Shown: piece after piece, positions 52,326 to 64,000 of the stretch
How positions within the stretch are numbered: the stretch's first letter is position 1
Layout of the letters: each line of letters starts with the position of its first letter
Source: Podarcis tiliguerta
Lineage: Eukaryota
Length of the DNA stretch: 64,000 nt
Assembly (NCBI GenBank): GCA_965153285.1
Contig: OZ229115.1
Strand: one strand, 5' to 3'
Translations under genes and position numbers: made by a program
Notes under the pieces: model-generated
Database searches by the model: none
The model's input: only the letters and a program-made list of their open reading frames with translations
Told to the model about the DNA's origin: nothing

Positions 52326-53950
52326 TTACCTTAGTCACAGCATGGCAGACCCCTGGCAACCTGAACCTGAAGTGGCTCAGGGAGGCTGGAATTTATCAGT
52401 CATTAGTCATGGCTTGTATACTCTCAAAATGTTTTTCTGTGTTCTAGTAGTCATATTTGAATGCTTTCAAATATATGCTTGCTTGCTTGCTTGCTTAAAT
52501 ATGCTTCTTTATTGGGTTTGTGAGACTAAACATGGGGAGTGTATACCTTGTGATCCTTGGAGGAAAGATGGGATACAAATGTAATAAATAATCTCAGGAG
52601 AGAGGCTACATCAGTGCTCTGTCCTTCCTTTCTGCAGGATGCTCTTTTTATCTGCTCATGAATGATCCTCTAGTGGACGATTAACATCTTCCAGTTTCAA
52701 AGGAGGGTTGAGATATGGATAATTTTCATACCTCTCAACTGGGACATCCTGGTTTCCCCCACAAGAGCATGGCGGCCATTTTGGGCTCCTTGCTCTCGTG
52801 TGATTTCAGGCCAAGATCTCACCCTTAAAAAAAGTGGGGTTTTGGGGTCCTCTCTCTCACTTGACTCACTTAAGTTCACTGATTTCCCTTGGGTCCACTC
52901 TGAGTATGACATAGCTGGATAGAACCTTGTGAGTTTACTTTTAACATGAATTTGCCTGCCTAAAGAAGACTGCGTGTAGAAATCACATTCACTTGGGACA
53001 GTATTTCGAGTTTCAAATGCTGGGTGGCCTGATATTTCATAGTCTGAGACATATCCACGTTTCCTCTCTGCTGATCTCTGGCTGGTTTTTGGAGCAGATC
53101 CTTTTTCGCGTTAGAGCATTGACATATTCTCAAATAATCCCATATTGTCTTGGCAGTAAACTTTGCTTCCTTGTGCAATCTTCTCCTGTAATGCATCTTC
53201 ACACAATGGCCCTAAACAGATGGTTGTGATGTACCTTCCCCACCCCCATTAAGACATAAATGGAGTGGAGATACTCAATTACTTGATCGTAGGTAGACTG
53301 TTGTGGGTCACAGATGAATGGCTCTTTCATTTTGTACTCGTACTTACACCACCCACCTTTTGTCTTTGAGAAAAACCACATTTATATGCCAGTATTGTAC
53401 TCTTTTATTTTCAAAAGACAAAATTCCATCTGAGTTTAATAGGATGTCTCATTACCACATCCTGATTCGTTGCTCATCATGCACACTGAAAAAGAGCCTT
53501 TGTTCGCCTTTGCATCTTTGTGCATCCTTTATTTTTATTTTTTTTAAAGTTGCTAATGTGCATATCAAGAGGAGGCCAGCAGAGGGGGTGCACATCTTCA
53601 TGTCCTCCTCTGCATTCATGTTGCAATTAGTTTAATAAGACTAAGAGCCTTTAAAAAAAATAAATAATTCTTAACTGCCTCTATTGCTTTTCCTTCTTTT
53701 CAGACGAATTAGGTTGCTATTTGTAAGGCTAGGGTAAGATCAGTGCCCTATTAAAGTACATGCCAAACCTTATGCTGGAGGCCAGCACTGCTGTCACTCA
53801 TGCCGTTTTGTACATTCTCTTCTTTGCCTGTGGCAACTCAGACTAGGTTGGCCAATTGCACATTGCCAGAAAGAGAGGGAGAGGGAACGCATCACCCCAA
53901 AAGAGGACACATACTCACAAAAGATTTGCAGATGCTAATATAATTGTACA

Positions 53951-54326
53951 CAGTGGTACCTGGGTTCTCAAACTTAATCCGTTCTGGAAGTCTGTTCCAA
54001 AACCAAAGCATTCCAAAACCAAGGTGCGCTTTCCCATAGAAAGTACAGTGGTACCTCGGGTTACAGATGCTTCAGGTTACAGACGCTTCAGGTTACAGAC
54101 CCCATTAACCCGGAAATAGTACCTCGGGTTAATAACTTTGCTTCAGGATGAGAACAGAAATTGTGTTGCAGTGGCGCTGCGGCAGCAGGAGGCCCCATTA
54201 GCTAAAGTGGCAGCTCAGGTTAAGAACAGTTTCAGGTTAAGAACGGACCTCCAGAATGAATTAGGTTCTTAACCCAAGGTATCACTGTAATGCAAAATGG
54301 ATTAATCCGTTCCAGACCTTTAAAAA
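53951..54326. mobile_element. Nested MITEs: inner copy 54046-54287 inside a related truncated MITE
   Basis: Inner TIRs CAGTG(G/A)TACCT with TA TSD. The outer element starts CAGTGGTACCTGGGTT at 53951 and resumes after 54289. Confidence 0.82.
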
Positions 54327-55101
54327 CTCTCATGCTAGCTCTGTTCTAGCTCTAATCTGCCACAGGTTTCATAGAGTAGTGCCTATTTTCCATTTCTAGT
54401 TAGATGGGAGCAACATGGGTTTTCATTTTTATTAATTCTTGCTTTTTCGAAGAAGAAAAATGGAAGATAATAATACCAATATTGCCATTCTTATGTATTT
54501 ATAATTTTATATTTACAGTGCTGGTTCTTGTGCTTGGGATTCTGCAGTTGTGGGACCCAGTTCTAAGAAAACATTTATTGCCTGTTTGAAAGGAAGGAGT
54601 ACCCAATTCAGAGGTGAGCTACCTCCACCCTATTAATGCAGGAAATCTTAGTCTTAGATTTTTTGTGTGTAGCCCTCAGATTACACTCTAATGTGTAGAA
54701 CACTCGTGCTCAGTTCTTTGAGTACAAGTCAGCCAAAAAAGAACCCAAGAGTAGCTTAATTTATCATTAGGGACCAAATCATTCCAAGTCCAGAGAAATT
54801 TGAATAATAGGAAATGTGGTTCTTGATCATACATAATCTAGAACCTAGAAAACTATGTTTTCTTGTACTGCATGTGCTCAATATCTCTAGAAACTGTATG
54901 TGAAACAAGGAAAGTTGTGTGTGTTTACCGGTAAGTGTCTGAGCCAGTAAAAAAGCACAGACATTGTAAAGACAAATGAGACTACATCAGCTTTTCTATT
55001 TCTAGAAGTTTATAACTTATTTTAATAAAAGCCGGTAGTATGTATGTATGTATGTATGTGTTTGTTTGTTGAATCTGCCATGTGATCAGCAAACATTATT
55101 A

Positions 55102-55301
55102 CAGTGGTACCTTGGGTTACATACGCTTCAGGTTACATACGCTTCAGGTTACAGACTCCGCTAACCCAGAAATATTACCTCGGGTTAAGAACTTTGCTTC
55201 AGGATGAGAACAGAAATCGTGCTCCGACGGCGCTTCTGAACAGTTTCAGGTTAAGAACGGACATCTGGAACGAATTTAGTACTTAACCCGAGGTACCACT
55301 G
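55102..55301. mobile_element. Tc1/mariner MITE, internally deleted
   Basis: TA-CAGTGGTACCT...AGGTACCACTG-TA. Confidence 0.87.
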
Positions 55302-55774
55302 TACAGTATTATTTTTGGTTAAAAGATGTATACTCCTTTAGCATCTTCCATAGGAATGCAATTTTTTAAAGAATGTCAGCTAATTGAAGTGTACAGTATA
55401 TCCCACCTGCCAGATTGGACTGACAAAAGCTTATTATAATATAAAATATCTACCCGTACAGTAATATCACCTAATTTGGGGTGGAACACAGCTGCTGCTT
55501 GACACTCCCATGTCAGTCAACAGCAGTTAATGGCAGCATGTGAAGGAAGAACTCATATGCTGAATGGATCTTTCAGCAGGCATTTCAAGACGCATTAAGC
55601 AAGGAGAATTGCAGTGGTAAATTTTGGTTGGTTAATCAGTGTGGAGAGACCCTATCCTGCTGTTACAGAAGTGCCCCAAGACCTTTAACAGCCTGTGTTG
55701 TCCTGCATCAGTGTTCATCTCATAGAAATATCAAAAGGCAATGTTGCTGGTCATATAAAACAAATCAGAAAATC

Positions 55775-56036
55775 TGTTGGGAAGATGGTGAGTGTTTTGA
55801 AAGGAATACTTATAGAATGTGACCCAGCCACGAAGCAGTTTCTGCTGTACTTAGATGAGTCAAATACCCTAAGGGAGAAGTTCAGCATACAAGACTTTGT
55901 GTTAGCTGAGATGGTTTCCTTCCTGCAGGAGAGAATGGGAGAGTTAATGGACCAGACCTCTTTCCCTATTACACAAAAATAGAAAATGAGACTGAAATTG
56001 TCTGTGTCGAACTGCAATCAATAATGTCTAAAAAAA
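55775..56036 (+). pseudogene. GTF2H5: Processed retrocopy of GTF2H5 (TFIIH p8/TTDA); ORF 55785-55982, 65 aa
   Basis: [27 protein letters not shown]...[18 protein letters not shown] closely matches GTF2H5. Intronless, short A-tract at 56030-56037, candidate TSD AGAAAATC (55767-55774 and 56037-56044), in-frame 6-codon deletion. Confidence 0.9.
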
Positions 56037-56204
56037 AGAAAATCAAGTATTTTGAATCTGCCTTTCATAAACTTCTGATCCATCAAGACAAACAAAATCT
56101 AGCAGCTATCTATGGTGGCTCACTAGGATGCAGTTAACCCGTCTTTTTTCAGTTCCAGCAAAAACAGGAGCTATCAAAAGGTACAGTATTTTTATTTTAT
56201 TTTA

Positions 56205-56431
56205 CAGTGGTATCTCAGGTTAAGAACTTAATTTGTTCTGGAGGTCCGTTCTTAACCTGAAACTGTTCTTAAGCTGAGGTACCACTTTAGTTATGCGGGC
56301 TCCCACCGCTGTGTGATTTCTGTTCTCATCTTGAAGTAAAGTTCTTAACCTGAGGTACTATTTCTGAGTTAGCGGAGTCTGTAACCTGAAGCATCTATAA
56401 CCTGAAGCATCTGTAACCAGAGGTACCACTG
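56205..56431. mobile_element. Tc1/mariner MITE
   Basis: TA-CAGTGGTATCTC...GAGGTACCACTG-TA. Same family. Confidence 0.87.
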
Positions 56432-56745
56432 TATTTGTTTAGTGATTTCTCTCCCACTCATGTAGTGCCAGTGGGCAGCTTACGAAAATTTTAAACCATG
56501 ATGTAATAAAATTCAATAGCCCATCTTGTCCAACATCCTACTGTCATAGCAAGCAGCACCTGAGTTCAACAGTGCTCTCCCTTCTTGCAATTCAAAGTAG
56601 CTGGTATTTAGAGGCCTTCTGCCTCCAGCAGTAGAGGTAGAACATAGCATTGTGGCTAGAAGTCATTGATAGCCTTATCTTCTATAAATTTGTTTAATCC
56701 TTTTTTATTTTATACCATAAAATTACAAAAGAAAATACATATACA

Positions 56746-56986
56746 CAGTGGTACCTCGGGTTAAGTACTTAATCGTTCTGGAGGTCCGTTCTTAACCTGA
56801 AACTGTTCTTAACCTGAAGCACCACTTTAGCTAATGGGGCCTCCCGCTGCCGCCGCGCCACCGGAGCACGATTTCTGTTCTCATCCTGAAGCAAAGTTCT
56901 TAACCCGAGGTACTATTTCTGGGTTAGCGGAGTCTGTAACCTGAGGTGTATGTAACCTGAAGCGTATGTAACCCGAGGTACCACTG
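56746..56986. mobile_element. Tc1/mariner MITE, CpG-rich and young-looking
   Basis: Perfect TIRs CAGTGGTACCTCGGGTTA. Confidence 0.9.
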
Positions 56987-56996
56987 TATATTAAAT

Positions 56997-57142
56997 TAGG
57001 GCTGCCGTATTTCAAAAAGTGAAAATCTGGGTTGCCATACTTCCGGATTTTCGCGGACATTTCAGCAGTTTTCACCCAGACTCTGTTTCCGAGGGCCGAA
57101 TCCTGGCTATGTCTGGGAAATTCAAGCCGCATGGCAGCCCTA
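56997..57142. mobile_element. hAT-type MITE
   Basis: TIRs TAGGGCTGCC / GGCAGCCCTA. 8-bp TSD TATTAAAT / TGTTAAAT with one mismatch. Confidence 0.78.
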
Positions 57143-57659
57143 TGTTAAATACATCTAGGGAGAAATTCCACATCACGCTATTCTGATTGCTTCGTCGGTG
57201 CAAGCATTTCTGCTTGTCAGATGGAACAATCTTCCTCTGTCCTCCCCCATATGCTGCTCTGGAGGTTTTCCTGACCTCCCAGAGCTGATTTTGGGGGGTG
57301 GGCAGGAGGCACGTATGTGGAGGAGAGCGTGTGGATGCTCCATTGTGTAAGTGGGAATCATTGAGCTGGTTCCCACCGGCACAACTATTTAGTTGAATTT
57401 GGCTGATCAGATTGTATCCAATGCTAGTCCTACTCAGAAGAGACCATTGAAATTAATGTATATGACTGTTGTGATTTTCCTCTTAGTTCAATACTTAAAA
57501 TGGATAATCTCTGCCCATTTCTTTATTGCTATTAATGTGTAAGGTTCCGGGACCTACTTTTTATGATTGTAAGTTGTTTTGTTTTAATATTGTGTTCTAA
57601 TGCTATAACATGCCGTGGGACCTTAGGGTGAAGTGTGGATAATAAACAAACAATAACTT

Positions 57660-59200
57660 GGTTTCATTGGTTTTAAAGGAGTTTACTTTGAGTAAGACTA
57701 GCACCAAATACAACCCATAATCTAATCAGATAATATGAGATGTGCATAAATATACCACTCTCTACAATCATAGTTCTGATCTGTTCTTCATAGTTATTTA
57801 TTGCTGCAGCATATCTGTTCAAATGTTCCACTTCCATTGTTCCTATCTGAAATAAGCAAAGTAAACTGCAAACCATCCCCTGCATGATCTCAGTTTACTT
57901 TATTTCTTATCTTCTGTAATGTAACATGCATTTCTTATCTTCTGTAATGTAACATGCTAATCATCACCCAAGTTATATTTTCCATTGACTTTCTTGACTG
58001 TCTGGCTTTCTGCTCCCCCTCCACCCTCAGAAAGTTGTGCAACCAAAATAATAACAGCTGCCAATAAATTACAATACATATTAGTTCTACTTTGTGTTCA
58101 AATCCAAGCTCTTTAACATTAACTAATTCTACTTTTATTTCTATATAAGTCATCTCGCATCTTTTAAAAAATATGTTACCAGTACGAATGACTACTGCAG
58201 CATTGCAACACTAGGATTTTCCTCAATGCTCACAGTATCAATAAGCAAGCACCTTTAAAGTAGTTCTCACTCAGGTTAATAATGCACTGGTGACACCTGC
58301 TTTCCAAATATATTTCCACATACTTCTTGGAAGATTTTTCTTGAGAGTCTGCATTACATTCAACAGTAATAATCTTACTGAAAAGAAAATTCCATGATTA
58401 ATTTTAAATATTTTTATATAACTTATCCCTACTGACTCTGCTGCTCTCTATTTTAACGACTGTTCCTCTTCTCAGTATTTGCTTGTTTGATTTCTGTAGT
58501 GTTCTTTCAGTTCAGTACGTAAAATGGATAATCTCTGTTCATTTTTTATTTCTATTAATTTTCCAAAAGTAAATTAAATTAGTTTTGATTAATGCTGTAG
58601 TCTTCTCAAGTTATACAGCTCCCAGTGATCAACAAATGTACTTCCCATCTCCTCCAACTTATAAGATTCCCATGGATATATTTTAGCTTCTCTTCCAATT
58701 TATTCCAATTAGGGCTGTGCCTTAGAGGTTCATAAACTGCTATCCGCTCCTTTATACTACACTATCCTGCTGCCAGGCAGGAGGTTTGATTTATTCCAAA
58801 CATGCAGATTTACTTTTACTATAACATTACTGTACAATTATATTTTCAGCTCTTTTTCTCTTGCCCAGGGTAAATAGTTCAGGGGCATTTTAATAGTCTG
58901 CTGTTCAAAAGATAATAGTGGTGTTAATTATCTTGTCTGATGCACTCTAGTAAGTCTAATAATTGAGCTGCATAGTAATATAACTATTAAGTTGCAGAAA
59001 AACTAATTGACTCTGCTTATTTTAAAATTGTTTTTCTCCCCTTGAATCATTTGCCATTTTCCATTTTACAAAAATCCACAACCTTTTGCCATTTTCTCAC
59101 CTTACATTCCTGCATTATCATTCAAAAATGTGGAATAAAAGCAGAGGTCTGGAGATTACATGCATTTTCTTTCAATAAATCTTTGCAAACCAATATATCT
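57660..59200 (-). mobile_element. Possible highly decayed L1-like LINE (endonuclease region)
   Basis: A-rich minus strand with peptide remnants (HISYYLIRLWV, ICIVIYW) loosely resembling L1 endonuclease motifs. Many stops. Confidence 0.3.
57902..57957. repeat. Perfect 28-bp tandem duplication
   Basis: ATTTCTTATCTTCTGTAATGTAACATGC twice. Confidence 0.95.
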
Positions 59201-60898
59201 TCCTTCCTTCTGTGTTTCTAGACCTTCCTGAATGTTATTAATCATGGGATTATAATGCATCCCTCCCAATTTATCTCATTCAGAAGAGACACCCAGATGT
59301 CTAATCAGTTGTGTCTTCCACTAGTCAATAAACATTGTTTGTATCTCCTCTCAATGATATGGTGTGACAATTCCCAAAGGAAACACTCAGGGTGTGAAGT
59401 TCCACTGGTGCAACATAATTTATGTTTCCTTTCCTTCCACTGAGTGCCCCCCAAACTTTGCTCTGGAGGGGCCCCCACAACTGTCTGAAGGTGATTTTTT
59501 AAGATGCATGAGCATGTGGGTGTAGCTGGGACAAGAGCAACAGCAGCAGGTCTGTTATGCACATGGAAGTCCTGATGCACAAGCAGAGCTTCAGTGTTGA
59601 ATACAGTCCAATGTTGGATACAGAGACATGAGCAAGTAGAAGATTTTTGTGAAGAATGGAAACATAAAAATTAGCAAGAAAATATCTTTTACACAACCAT
59701 ATTTAACTTATAGTGGTGGGACAATATTGCACAGGGTCCGGAGCTTAAAACTGTAGCTTTATTTACTGTGGCAAATGCACGCACATATTATTTGTTGAAA
59801 ACCTTATGATTGCCTTACCTGCTTCAGTGCTTTCCCCCCACCTATTTCATTCTGCTTTGTGAGGAACTGAGAAAGTATGGCAAGATCATGTAATGAGCCC
59901 TGGCTACATAAGCCTACTTAATTATCCAGTAATATTATGCAACTTCTGAACTGGTTTTTTCTCCTTATCAGTACACAAATGTGTGGCTTGCCATAACAGC
60001 TCCGATACTTGAAGATCTTGGCAGCCTGCTCATTCTCTTAGTCACATCTTCCTGCAAATACTGTAGTACTATTATTTGCCTGGGAAAAAACCATATGTTC
60101 TTGTAATACATGTTGTGATAAGTCTGCTATTCCCCTTCTCCCAGATTATTCAGCTTGGGTTTAAAAACACCCTTCAAACCGTTCTTCACAAAGACAACAT
60201 TAAGAACTTTTAAATGGTATCACAAGATGCAATCAAATGATGATCAGCTGGCTTTTGTGGAAGCAAGACTACTTCTTTACTAGCTATTTTTTTCTAGATT
60301 AGATATAATTTATTCTTTGTTATCACAAAGATTTCAGGCACTGTGTCACTGCCAAACTACTATGTTCTAGGGTTTTCTATCTTACTGCTTAAGTCCTGTG
60401 ATAGTTTTTCTTGAGTATATGCACTTGTAGCATTAGCCTGTCCTGTGTGAATCAGCAAAGATCTCTTTATGCACCTGAGATGATGAGTGGTCTGTGATGC
60501 AGTTTATGATGTGGTGGCTGATGCATTGCTTTGCCTAGGCTTCCCATTTTGTTTTTCCTAGTACAGCAGAAGCAAACCAATACATTCAGGGCTATCAGTG
60601 GCTACTAGACATGATTTGTTCTGCCTTCACTGTCAGAGGCAGTATGCCTCTGAATACCCATTGCTCGGAGCCACAAGTGAGGAGTGTGCTGTTGCCCTCA
60701 GGTCTTGCTTTCAGGCTTCCCAGAAACATCTGGTTTGTCACTGTAAGAACAAGATAATGGGCTAGATGAGCCTTTGGGTTAATTAGGTCCGGCCCTACTA
60801 TTAGACAGACTGGTCACCTCAGTCAGCTGATTTCGGTTGTCATGGAAAGGCAGCAAAAAGTAATGTATTTGTTTGTTGTATTTTAAAACAAAATTCCA

Positions 60899-61260
60899 GG
60901 GACGCGGGTGGCGCTGTGGGTTAAAGCCTCAGCGCCTAGGGCTTGCCAATCGAAAGGTCGACGTTTCGAATCCCCGCGGTGGGGTGCGCTCCCGTTGTTT
61001 GGTCCCAGCGCCTGCCAACCTAGGAGTTCGAAAGCACTCTCGGGTGCAAGTAGATAAATAGGGACCACTTACTAGCGGGAACGTAAACGGCGTTTCTGTG
61101 TGCAGCTCTGGCTCGCCAGAGCAGCGATGTCACGCTGGCCACGTGACCCGGAAGTGTCTTCGGACAGCGCTGGCCCCCGGCCTCTCTGAGTGAGGTGGGC
61201 GCACAACCCTAGAGTCTGTCAAGGCTGGCCTGTACGGGCAGGGGTACCTTTACCTTTACC
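60899..61260 (+). mobile_element. Full-length Sauria SINE
   Basis: Starts GGGACGCGGGTGGCGCTGTGG, tRNA-like head with TTCGAATCC B-box, (ACCTTT)n tail. TSD TTAAAACAAAATTCCA at 60883-60898 and 61261-61276. Confidence 0.93.
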
Positions 61261-62789
61261 TTAAAACAAAATTCCATAGAAGGAAAGGTGTGCTTTCTGT
61301 CTCAGGTGCCAAAATAACTTGAATAGCCTTGTGTACTGTGCACAATTTTAAATTAAAAGCCTATACCAGTTATTCCCCCCCCCCAACCCAGGATGGGAAA
61401 TTAGTTAAACATGGACTATAATAAAAATATTTCCAAATGTTATTTTACTAACTGGTATAGGCTTTTAATTTAAAATTATATTTTGCATTTTTATGGTTAT
61501 GTTCTTTGGTTAATTAATGTGTTGTACTGAGAAATATTAACCGCTGATCATTTAGAACTTTGAAATGGTATTTTTTTAAATAGTGGTGTTGTGTTTTGAT
61601 GATATATATAGTAAGCTGCTTTACAAGAACAATGTGCCCTAAAAATGCAGACTGGAAATGCATTTAATAAATCTGTTTCCAGTTGTTTGTGGTGAATTAG
61701 CACTAAAGGCCCCTGAAGTTGAAAGGACCCAAAACAGAACCAAGGATATATGGCTCTAACATTCAAACTGGAGTTGTGCAGGAGAACTTGTTTTGGAATG
61801 GACCAACCCCGTAGCTGGCAGGGGTGGGAGGGCGTGAATTGTTAGGTATCTATAGAGATCTGTCTGAAGCAAGCCAACAGAACAAGAGATTATCAGTGCA
61901 CATTCTTGTGTTTCTTCCTAGAACATAGAAAATGGAGCATTTCATTTCTGATGGGCCAGGCTATCTTTATAACCTTAAAATACTGCCAAGGTTGTATAAC
62001 TTGCATTGTAGAAAAGCTGGAAAACATTACAGAGGCAACACTGCTGAGGAATAAAATAAAACATCATAGGTTATTGCCGTCCCAGTCCAGATCTAGAAAT
62101 CGTCTGTTGCCTGTCTTGAACTCTTCGTAGTCTCCCTTATCTGTGGAAATACTTTGGACGTCTTTTTATCTGAGCCAGATGGTCCCATAATAGTTTCCTA
62201 TCATCATTCCTTTGCTCTTTTTTATTTCAATCCAAACAATTTCTTCTCTGCTTGCCAAACTATATATTGTATGACATTCTTTCTTCAGACACACTGTGTC
62301 TCAGTCTTGGCATGCTTCCACCTGCCCTGTTGTGTCTTTCGCTTCTATAAACTTTCTGTTTCAGAATTGTGTTATCCCATCTGTTTTTACTTCAGTTCTG
62401 TTCTCTGTTAATCCTATTACATAATATATTGATTAGTCACAAAACAGGAAAAGATGAATTCCATGGATTCCAGTAGAAAAGAATATGAGATGATCTGGAC
62501 TATATTTTCTGTCCTTTTCTCCATAAAATTCTAAAGAATTAATTAGTTTGCAGCTTAGGGTCTTTATATCCCAGGCCTTTATATCCCAAACTGCCATGCT
62601 TTTCACAACCACCTCATTTCATCCTGGAGATAGACCCAGGATCACTAACTAAAGTTTATGCATGAGCAGATATTTTAACCTGAGTCTCCCTGGTCCTAGC
62701 CCAACAAATTAACCACTACAGTATGCAGACTTTCACAAGGTAGGCACATATATTTTGTTTTAATTAATTTTGTCTTATAATGTCTTATT

Positions 62790-62890
62790 CAGTGCTATTT
62801 TTCTAGAAAAAGAGTTGCTAGAACTCACCACAAACACCTCCCTTGGTGTCTTAGAATGGCAATGGCGAGTTCCGGCTGAAGAAAACCCTG
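62790..62890. mobile_element. hAT MITE, same family as 21754-21896, opposite orientation
   Basis: CAGTGCTATTTTTCTAGAAAAAGAG...AAAACCCTG. Perfect 8-bp TSD GTCTTATT. Confidence 0.85.
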
Positions 62891-64000
62891 GTCTTATTAT
62901 AATTTTGTCTTTATTGTATTCATTAAAATTAGGCATATAATCTGCCTTGTAGCTCTGTATTATATGTGTGTTGAATCCAAAAACTGTGTTTTAAAACAAC
63001 AGTATGGTCCACTTTCAGTTACTTAGAAACAAATAATTTAGTTTCCTTTAGTCTTACTGTGTGAATGATTAGTTGTTATCATTTAGTATTTATTTATTTA
63101 AAATAAAATATTTTAAAACAAAATATTTAGTTTTTAAAAATATTTTTATTAGTTTTTAATATGAAACACTTTTACTTTATAACATATGCTGGACAATTTA
63201 TTCATGCCACATCAAAAATATTGTCTCACTTCTCCTTTGTTTTTATTATTAAGTTTACTCTTCTTTACACAACTGAATTGTGGTCAGCATTGCTGGTGGG
63301 ATCTAATGCAGCTTTTTAGAATGCTATGACTGCCCAGTCCTGACCAAACTTTGGTATTCATTCATAAGCCAACCCACTCGAAGCCTTCTCCTCCTGGAGG
63401 AAGTTGCTAAGCAAGTCATTGTTATTGCTGCTAATGCCTTTCTGACCTATGTGGTAGTCTGGCACAGCACCAAGACTAACACTGTAGCTTTGGCTAATAA
63501 TTATTGTTATCTAGAGAAGAACGTGGGAATTTGCGTGTGCCTTTCTTGGTCTTAGTGACACAAATCTGCGGTGCCTCTGTTTTGTATCCAGTACCTTTAT
63601 TCTGTACACCTGATATGTGCAAGCTGCTGGGACTTTCTCCTGCCTGTGTTGATGGTACCAATAGACAATGTGGGGATTTGGAGAAAGTGTGTACTAGTAC
63701 GCATATAATATTAATTTTGTTTTGCTTGTCATTCAACCCAAGTCCTACAGTGTTGCTGGTTTTTTAGGGGGACTTTTTGGTAGCATCCAGGTTGGAATGG
63801 GTATAAAAAGACATGTGGCATACAGTATTTTAAATGATGTGGGGCTTAGAAAATATATAAACAATTTTATATCCCATGAATTTCAGAAAAAGAGTTAAAC
63901 AAGTTTAAACCTCTCCCAATTGAAATCAGTAGGACTTAAGGGAGTTTAACTGTCTGACTTTGATAATATCTTTCAGTACACTCAAAGGTAACTCTATGTC

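Noticed and set aside
60899-60975. tRNA gene
   Set aside because: The A/B boxes belong to the tRNA-derived head of a Sauria SINE with a TSD.

Overview
Vertebrate genomic DNA, most likely a squamate reptile and probably a lacertid lizard, judged from Sauria SINEs, BovB, CR1 and L2 repeats. The window holds the last two coding exons of ROR1 (+) and a complete 10-exon UBE2U gene (+, 12615-37746, 309 aa reconstructed by hand, catalytic Cys89). About 26 kb of repeat-rich intergenic DNA follows. The order ROR1 then UBE2U matches mammals; CACHD1 is not reached. The most notable find is in UBE2U intron 8: a 1.47-kb non-autonomous hAT-type element (29787-31252) with imperfect TIRs and a perfect 8-bp TSD. 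It carries CpG-island cargo that includes the 3' part of SORCS2 exon 1, a Pack-MULE-like gene-fragment capture. That cargo also forms a possible frame-preserving cryptic exon for UBE2U. Other points are an ORF-intact but internally deleted GTF2H5 retrocopy inside a MITE cluster, a Tyr-to-Phe change in the ROR1 activation loop, and an RFX/NF-Y promoter signature upstream of UBE2U. All homology calls come from recalled sequences, not database searches.
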